A stretch of DNA of 64,000 nucleotides from Verrucomicrobiota bacterium (GTDB taxonomy: Bacteria > Verrucomicrobiota > Verrucomicrobiia > Opitutales > Cerasicoccaceae): the NCBI GenBank assembly GCA_039818205.1, contig JBCBUK010000001.1, forward strand, positions 96,001 to 160,000, in the 5' to 3' direction. The stretch's first letter is position 1; every line of letters starts with the position of its first letter. The notes under the pieces are model-generated. The model saw only the letters and a list, made by a program, of their open reading frames with translations. It was not told where the DNA came from and did no database searches. A program made the position numbers and the translations under genes. Below, piece after piece: positions 59,501 through 64,000 of this stretch.

Positions 59501-61287
59501 AGTGAAACGGGCACGTTTGAAAACTCAGTATCGTTGATCCCATCGACTTCATTGGTATCAAATGCGAGCCCCGCAAAGTTTCCAGAAAACCCATCCACGG
59601 TGAGGAAGAATTCAACCGTTCCGGTAGGCGTCGTGAACGTACGGTCGTTGTGAGTCAATGTCAGCACCGCCGAGGTAATGTCGTTGATCGTTGCCCCAGC
59701 GCTCAACCCAAAGTCCGACTTCGTGAACGAGAAACTAGCGATACCGTATTCTGAGAAACTGCCGTTTCCATTACCCTGACCATAGTATTCAGTCGAGGAA
59801 GTCACGCCACCTGAGTGAATGGCACCCGCGGCAAACAAATCCTTGTTTGCGTTGTAAGTATTCGCAGTGCCAGAGAAGACAATATTATCGAAGCGGATCA
59901 ATTCAGAGCCCGCATTGTTCTGGATACGAATAACGAGCTGTAAGGTCGAGCCGTTGAGCCCAGTAACCGAACCGGTTCCCGAGGTGAACGCTTCTTGAAA
60001 GTCCGCAAAACTGGTTTCAGAGCCTCCATCCAAAACGTAGAATGCCTGCAGGTAGTCACCACTTTCGTGCCCGCCTGTTTCGCTGGCGTCAAAGGTGATC
60101 CCAACATTGGTAAAATCGTCAATATTCACGACCGGTGAACGCCAAATAACTTCGCCGTCGACGTCACGTGCTTCCATGACTTCCGAAACAACTTGAAGCC
60201 AATCGGTCGTGGCCGTTAGGGCACCACCCGCAACATCGACGGTCCAATCAACACCTGCGGTATCAACCGTGGGCGTTGGTCCGACGGCTCCTTTATTGTT
60301 TTGGCCGGTGAAGTCTTCGGCATAAATCTCGGTACCACTGCCGCCACCGAGAGCGACCGTAGTAAAACTCCAAGTAGTCGCATCGGCAATGCCCGCAAAT
60401 GCATTGCTTGAAGTATCTTCAAGCGCGCCACTATCGATCTGAACGTAATAGCCAGTGTCATTGGCTAGATCACTGGTGGGGTTAATTGTAACCGTATCAT
60501 TGGCAATCGATACATTTGCTGAACCAATCGCGAGTGTCTCGACGGTTGAGTCGTCGGATTGAAGTTTGACCGCGACATTACCGGTGGCAGCCTGGACATT
60601 TTCGTTGAAGATCGCGACGAGGTTTGCATCGACCGCAACACCAGTTGCATCATCAGACGGGCTAAGAGTCGAAATACTTGGCGGAGTAACATCCGCACCG
60701 CCGCTAGCCGTGAAATCAACCGTTAAAGCGGATACCTCGACTCCGTCACTCCCACCATTGACATTCACGGTAAAGCCAACGGTCAATTCGTCTCCACTGG
60801 TAACCGCCACATTCGAGAAGGCGTTTCCTACGTCGGTTCCAGCAGCTACGGGACCACCGAGAGCTGTCTCATCAAGGAAGATCGTTACCGGTGCGTTCGA
60901 ATTGATTTGGTAAAACCAAGTAATGCCCTCGGTCCCCACGTTGTTGAAAACATCGGTACCAATCGTGAGTGCCGAACCGACAATATCGACGGTTCCGTTG
61001 CTGGTAATGTTGATCGGGTCACTGGTGATCGTACCGTCCCCACCCCAATCTTGGACCCGCATAACGCCACCCACGGTAATAAACTCGTTTGTCGAGCCAT
61101 CGCTTGATGGAGAGCTGAACGTTAGCTCCCAGTTGGTTCCAGCGACCGGGCTGCTTTCCAAGGCGTCACCGGCGGTGTCGTGGGTACTGCCTTGGCTGGC
61201 CGTAGCAAAGTCTGCTGTGTAAATAGTCACGCCAAGAGTCCAGCTGGCGCAAAGAAGCGAGGTGAGTAGGAGAAGCGAAGTCTTCAT
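53524..61287 (-). CDS. 2587-aa secreted multidomain nuclease/phosphatase: 4x Big_5 Ig, PhoX-like (DUF839), cadherin-like, EEP domain, endonuclease I domain, C-terminal domain
   Basis: Big_5 repeats D.T.P...LSP.DD...L.I.FNE...YYVQID.GA..D...N.FAG...W.F.T; PhoX FNHE, RMCS, GEE, WEN, RPED, NPDN, IQED, WESSG, NVQAH; EEP ATFN, LINEFD, RLSSKSHWD, HPTPP, RNHDE, GDYN, SDH; EndoI WNREHVWPRS, DLHSL, NSLRSN, KGMVARA.FYM..RY, NRNPFID. Confidence 0.9.
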   Translation of the reverse strand: MKTSLLLLTSLLCASWTLGVTIYTADFATASQGSTHDTAGDALESSPVAGTNWELTFSSPSSDGSTNEFITVGGVMRVQDWGGDGTITSDPINITSNGTVDIVGSALTIGTDVFNNVGTEGITWFYQINSNAPVTIFLDETALGGPVAAGTDVGNAFSNVAVTSGDELTVGFTVNVNGGSDGVEVSALTVDFTASGGADVTPPSISTLSPSDDATGVAVDANLVAIFNENVQAATGNVAVKLQSDDSTVETLAIGSANVSIANDTVTINPTSDLANDTGYYVQIDSGALEDTSSNAFAGIADATTWSFTTVALGGGSGTEIYAEDFTGQNNKGAVGPTPTVDTAGVDWTVDVAGGALTATTDWLQVVSEVMEARDVDGEVIWRSPVVNIDDFTNVGITFDASETGGHESGDYLQAFYVLDGGSETSFADFQEAFTSGTGSVTGLNGSTLQLVIRIQNNAGSELIRFDNIVFSGTANTYNANKDLFAAGAIHSGGVTSSTEYYGQGNGNGSFSEYGIASFSFTKSDFGLSAGATINDITSAVLTLTHNDRTFTTPTGTVEFFLTVDGFSGNFAGLAFDTNEVDGINDTEFSNVPVSLGQFAYTAATGGVQDQFTLDLSGVESSVLAQLNAEGEFSIIIAPVGASDSITYAGLNNTFDPGNPNLELGISATNSNDSTPPSIASLSPIDDGADFAIDGNLVITFDENVQAGTGNIVIHLASNDSVVETVAIGSGNVTINNASVTIDLTSNLDTSTAYYVQIDNGAIEDVSANAFAGISDTTSWNFSTAAPDLTAPNLVTLSPADDSNLVANNANLEITFNENIAAGSGNITIKLTGDDSTFETVSIGSGKVSINGDTITVDPTGTFADNTDYYVQIDGGAIEDTAGNAFAGFSDKTIWNFLTDIGAVTPDATATKDLFALAGIRTGGDIGSTEFYAEGSGQGQFAIYSIASFQFSNLDFALNGAQQIDNIVSADLTLTHNDRSFTSATATVEFFLTTDTYNGNYAGLTNTLAVINGIDNSEFTYTPVSLGQFPYTAQAGGAQDTFTLDLSGVEADLLAQLQNGAEFSIIIAAVGSLDAITYSGLNNTFDPGNPSLTLEVTESAVTDTTAPVVASFDPSDDAIGVIVNSNLLINFNEIIQKGTGNITIRRSSNNSIVETIDVTTPQVTANLGTLTINPAANFDPATSYYVQVDAGAVLDTSGNSFAGIVDTTTYDFTTTTPAIDTVGPFTTSENALSGTVIGDLNSAIVGNEGFQYAILAGDAAPTKMKPVAGAGFKITPVFTAGDAVSGASGALNSNTPGNFSPVGVFDGIGAYELDVDTVRVFFNHEIEPEQGYAYQLANGTSITGARVSYLDIDKATRSVVDGGYAYDTIYDRSGNIVTAASQINERGHATEGFDRMCSSSLYEANSFGAGRGLADRIYMNGEEAAKTFGSAHGGTVWALDVASGGFYAVPAMGRGSWENVALLDTGTTTHVAFVLGDDLESAPLYLYVGEKGKDKDGLASSSFLARNGLEFGTLYVWRADNGNTTPQQFFGTGSNRAGTFVEIDPQDVSQAGQAGHDSAGYKDGTTMRSESDSLGGFSFSRPEDLATDPNDGTRFAFASTGRGNLFPFDKWGCIYIVDVDFTNLGAPTADIDLLYDADDQGGGQFFSSEQGLRNPDNLDWADDNFLYIQEDRAGGATTDFANSGQETSIWKVDSTTGQATRIAQMCRDVVLPLGSTDGSTNDLGNWESSGILDVSSLFGEAGGSLFLFNVQAHSVTDGLIAANNLVQGAQMCFMEANGGGPAFRINPNSGVITINDASNIDTSVRSQYVIRIQAFDGVSHVFDSVTIDINSDVVNEPSSIRFATFNGSMAEFPNGLIAATSITNTTHINEVAEIIQINNADVILINEFDYDSGGQALRNFLDNYLAVPQNGQSPVYYGYTYLAPVNTGVHSGFDLDNNGSVVSTPGSQAYGDDAFGFGEYEGQYGMVLLSKYPINYSGIRTFQQFLWKDMPNNLLPPDPLDSDGDFDTGNYYTAAEQDVFRLSSKSHWDVPILVGSETIHALCAHPTPPAFDDGTETDFANPTIVDENGRRNHDEIRFWADYIKGESYIYDDAELISAGNTTPPSPTGGFTGGEKFVILGDYNADPDEGDSTADAALQFTDEPLINNTIVPTGIGGPEPSDTADFVGGLRVDYALPSANQTITGAGVFWPSPEGIAAVSDHHLVYVDLFVPVNAQVLLSYYQSAEGLTGTALQNALHDIIDDHTQVSYGDAPDVFRVIDEDESDSSAIRLIYSLATLSKSSGSWNREHVWPRSLGVGDNGPDHSDLHSLFPCQSDVNSLRSNLPFDESTGGTTSNSFAPESTRDSNSWEPLDRDKGMVARAVFYMMVRYDGSDPSTTNLMLSDSPSGSSEMGILSTLLEWNRAFPPTAYEIERNNQIYEGVDVGGGNVLGQFNRNPFIDFYQFADAIFLSAGDTTYEKFVAEQFTLEQLLEGTDTSPNADPNFDGVSNYLHFLTNTSANGVSGPLLDFGSPAPLQVQISFFRPLSGSVPEQAKLERSTTLDPMSWIEVPNWENDATITTTGDYEEIEYDYMLTPATEPEIFFRVNYE

Positions 61288-61399
61288 TGGAGATCAAAAA
61301 TGTCGGCGGAAAATTGAAACGATATTGTGGCCCGAGTTGAATGCCTGGCCGTGATCGTGAAATTCAGGTGAAAGTTGCGATGCGATCCTTCAGAAAACA

Positions 61400-61431
61400 C
61401 TCATGGCCGCTAATCGCTTAGCGGCCATGAG
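61400..61431. terminator. Perfect 14-bp hairpin between the PEP-CTERM gene and the giant nuclease gene
   Basis: CTCATGGCCGCTAA-TCGC-TTAGCGGCCATGAG; followed by TGTTTT on the minus strand. Confidence 0.75.
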
Positions 61432-61456
61432 GCATGTAATTGTGTGTGCTGTCGGG

Positions 61457-62185
61457 CTAGCGGCGACGACGACGGATGGAGTAAGCGAGGGCGCATACGC
61501 CAAGGATCAAACCAACCGTGCCTGGCTCAGGAACCACGACCGCGTTTGGAGAGCCAATTGAAGAGATCGCTACCGTTGGATCGACATCAAAACTGGTGCC
61601 TGGAACCGCTGCGCCGGAGATGTTGTAAACGTCCGAACCTGCTGGATCGTTAATCGCGAACCACGCATCAGTTGCGCCATCGCGGAAAATCACCTGTGGC
61701 TCGTCGCCAGTGTATGCGAAATCCTGACCTCCAAGCTCCGTGCCGATCAAGTTCGCTTCGTCACCAACGCTGTCTGGAACACCGATTGCGTCAAAAATCG
61801 TTCCCAATGAAGAAACGTCAAGGCCGATGCCGTTATCGTTCGGGTCGATGTCAGTGGTGCCAATTGTTCCGGTGAAATCGGAAGTCAAAACGAATGTCAT
61901 CGAAGGATTCTCGAAGTCAGGAACCGAAACAACGAGAAGGCCATCGGCGTCGAAGTTACCGGATACCTGAGTAGCGCGATCAACGACACCAACAAAGGAG
62001 CCTGGATCCGCTTCTAGCGAAAGGACCCAACCGCTGAAAGCTGCCAAGGCAGTGCCTTTGAGCTCGACGTCTGTGTTCGCAGGATCGCCTCCGGTTGGAT
62101 TCGGGAAGAGTTCGTTAAAAACTTGAGCGTTTGCGGAAGTTGTGAGAACCGCAGCAGCTGCAATGAGTGATAGATGTTTCTTCAT
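61457..62185 (-). CDS. PEP-CTERM protein with lamin-tail-like N-terminal domain
   Basis: Signal peptide; VFNELFPNPTGGD...VELKG; SIGSPN; VPEPGTVGLILGVCALAYSIRRRRR. Confidence 0.9.
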   Translation of the reverse strand: MKKHLSLIAAAAVLTTSANAQVFNELFPNPTGGDPANTDVELKGTALAAFSGWVLSLEADPGSFVGVVDRATQVSGNFDADGLLVVSVPDFENPSMTFVLTSDFTGTIGTTDIDPNDNGIGLDVSSLGTIFDAIGVPDSVGDEANLIGTELGGQDFAYTGDEPQVIFRDGATDAWFAINDPAGSDVYNISGAAVPGTSFDVDPTVAISSIGSPNAVVVPEPGTVGLILGVCALAYSIRRRRR

Positions 62186-62894
62186 AATTTAGTCAGTAGG
62201 TCTTTTGAAAATTCGCTCTCAGTAAACGGTTTGTTTAGAACGATACAATTCCTGCAGTGTAAAAGGTCGGTCACACTCGACCCATTCGCGTAACACACTT
62301 CCAAACGGTCCTAGCTCGCGACTTAATCCAATGTTACAATCACGGAATAAACACACAGCTTCGAGCGTCTCAATTGGTGGCTAGGCACGGGTAAATCGAT
62401 CCCCCTTGAACCCAGTATCGATCTTCACGCGGACAAATTTGATAAACGAAAACGCTCCTGCGTAATCCTAATATACGATCCGCTTATACGACATGACGAA
62501 ATTTGACAAAAATGGAGAATTACAAATCCCAATAGGTCACAAATTACTCCTTAGGAAAACCGGGCTTTATCCGATAACATCGATGCAATTCGCGAAATAG
62601 ACTTTCGAAACGATCGACCAACGATCCTTTCAATAACCCCCTGATTAATAAACAGTTAAATGAAATTCGCTTAGAATTCACGGAGATCCCACCATCTTTC
62701 GCCAGACGCAAACTTGAAAATTATTCACAATCCCACCTTCATACTGCCAGCTAAGGTGATATGAAGTTCTCTGTATATAAAGCGGAAATTTCCCACGTCT
62801 CTCCCAACGCGTCCCCCTACGCGTATAGACAATTTTCCGTATTCATTGAGTCACCAGGTTTCCACTGTAAATCCCACCCTAGATCGTCACCCAA

Positions 62895-64000
62895 ATGAGA
62901 AAATGTCTCACCTTCTCACTCACTACTGTATTATTCATTCTATCGACGTGCATCGTTAACGCGCACGGATTCCGAGTCCTTGTTTTTACTAAGACCGCTG
63001 GTTTTCAGCATGGCTCAATTCCGGATGGAGTTGCGGCCGTTCAAGAGCTGGGCCTCGAACACGATTTCGATGTGACGGTTACCGACGACGCTTCGGTATT
63101 CATCAGTGAGCTTCCCAGCCACAATGCCGTGCTGTTCCTCAACACCTCAGGTGATGTGCTTAACGCTTCGCAACAAAGCACGTTTCAAGCGTGGTATCAA
63201 AGCGGTAGAGCCTTCGTCGGAATCCATGCGGCTGCAGATACCGAACATAACTGGCAGTGGTATCGCGACTTGGTCGGCGCGATCATCAGCAACCATTCGG
63301 GCATTGTGAATGCCGACGTTAAGTTTCTCGACCAGATCCACCCGATTACCAATATCACCAATCCAGTCACGTCGGAGCGCGTTGAGATCTGGCAAGCTAA
63401 CGATGAGTGGTATAACTTCCAAGCAAGCCCGCGAGGGGATGTTCATGTGCTGGCTATTGTGGACGAAGACACCTACTCTGGCGGCACCCATGGCGGAGAT
63501 CACCCAATTGCATGGTGCCAGGAATTCGATGGTGGACGGTCAGCATTTCTGGGAATGGGCCACACCAGCGAAATTTACGATGATCCGATCTTCCGTGACC
63601 TAATTACCAACGCGCTTGAATGGTCAGTTGGCGAATTCGGCGGCGACAGCCAAGCAACGATCGATAGCAACTATCAGGTTCAGGTCCTGGCAAATTTCAA
63701 CAACCCAATGTCGATCGATATCGACGACGATGGAAACGTTTACGTCATTGAGCGAACGACGGGAAATGTTCGTCGCTACAATCCGTCGAATGGGCAAACC
63801 ACCACGCTCGACAATATTTCGGTTTATTCCGGCGGGGAGTTCGGAATGCTGGGGATCGCCCTCGCACCGGATTTCTCAACAAGCAACCACATATACCTTT
63901 TCTATAGTCTGCCGCAAACGGGTGCAAATCAGCGCTTATCACGGTACACACTCACTGGCAGCGGTCTTACCGACGAACGCGTGATCTTGGAATTTCCGGT
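62895..64000 (+). CDS. ThuA domain + PQQ-type glucose/sorbosone dehydrogenase beta-propeller protein (runs off the window)
   Basis: Not in the ORF track. Manual translation: MRKCLTFSLTTVLFILSTCIVNAHGFRVLVFTKTAGFQHGSIPDG...FLNTSGD...GIHAAADTE...DEWYNF...DHPIAW...GMGH, then EFGMLGIALAPDF...IYLFYS. Confidence 0.88.
   Translation, partial: MRKCLTFSLTTVLFILSTCIVNAHGFRVLVFTKTAGFQHGSIPDGVAAVQELGLEHDFDVTVTDDASVFISELPSHNAVLFLNTSGDVLNASQQSTFQAWYQSGRAFVGIHAAADTEHNWQWYRDLVGAIISNHSGIVNADVKFLDQIHPITNITNPVTSERVEIWQANDEWYNFQASPRGDVHVLAIVDEDTYSGGTHGGDHPIAWCQEFDGGRSAFLGMGHTSEIYDDPIFRDLITNALEWSVGEFGGDSQATIDSNYQVQVLANFNNPMSIDIDDDGNVYVIERTTGNVRRYNPSNGQTTTLDNISVYSGGEFGMLGIALAPDFSTSNHIYLFYSLPQTGANQRLSRYTLTGSGLTDERVILEFP

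Noticed and set aside
62321..62350. Possible Pho box (CTTAATC/GTTACAA at 11-nt period) upstream of the PEP-CTERM-nuclease operon
   Set aside because: Too degenerate, and no matching copy was seen upstream of the PhoD-like gene; needs a genome-wide motif search.
62459..62484. TGCGTA/TCCGCT pair resembling the regulon operator
   Set aside because: Period is 20, the second box is poor, and the N9-TTG geometry was not established.
62186..62894. Riboswitch or sRNA in the 700-bp divergent intergenic region
   Set aside because: No recognisable aptamer core or convincing long stems by eye.

Overview
Bacterial DNA, most likely from a marine Verrucomicrobiota (Opitutales-like) genome. This is inferred from three PEP-CTERM proteins, PVC-type prepilin-like proteins, five Cys-type sulfatases and leaders poor in Shine-Dalgarno sites. 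(1) 0.8-33.4 kb is a SusC/D-free polysaccharide utilisation locus. It encodes a PL8 chondroitinase-ABC-like lyase, two DUF4955 (PL29-like) beta-helix proteins, two GH29 fucosidases, GH2 and DUF2264/GH154-like glucuronidases, four sulfatases (one fused to a DUF1961-like domain), an SSS transporter, an XylR/AraC regulator, two unassigned secreted beta-helix proteins, a pilin-like protein and a PEP-CTERM protein. The best-fitting substrate is fucosylated chondroitin sulfate (inference). Seven promoters in the locus share one architecture read directly from the sequence: TGCGCA-N15/16-TGCGCA-N9-TTGnnn-N17-19-(-10 box). (2) 33.7-43.2 kb holds a PEP-CTERM protein, an ECF41 sigma/AhpD-like pair with a consensus ECF41 promoter, a patatin, an SDR, an L/F-transferase-like protein, an S8 protease with three malectin domains and a pseudopilin. 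(3) 43.5-43.9 kb is an orphan structured element ending in a terminator, with a strong SD, a 54-codon ORF and two downstream anti-SD repeats. (4) 44-49.6 kb holds a sulfatase and a DUF1080-SSS-ThuA cluster. (5) 49.8-62.2 kb is a probable phosphorus-scavenging region: a PhoD-like enzyme, a cytochrome c with a catalytically degenerate HtrA-like partner, a 2587-aa secreted PhoX + EEP + endonuclease I fusion (PhoX inserted inside a cadherin-like domain) and a PEP-CTERM protein. Both window ends cut genes. No rRNA, tRNA, CRISPR array or mobile element was recognised. All family calls come from motif recognition by eye, not database searches.
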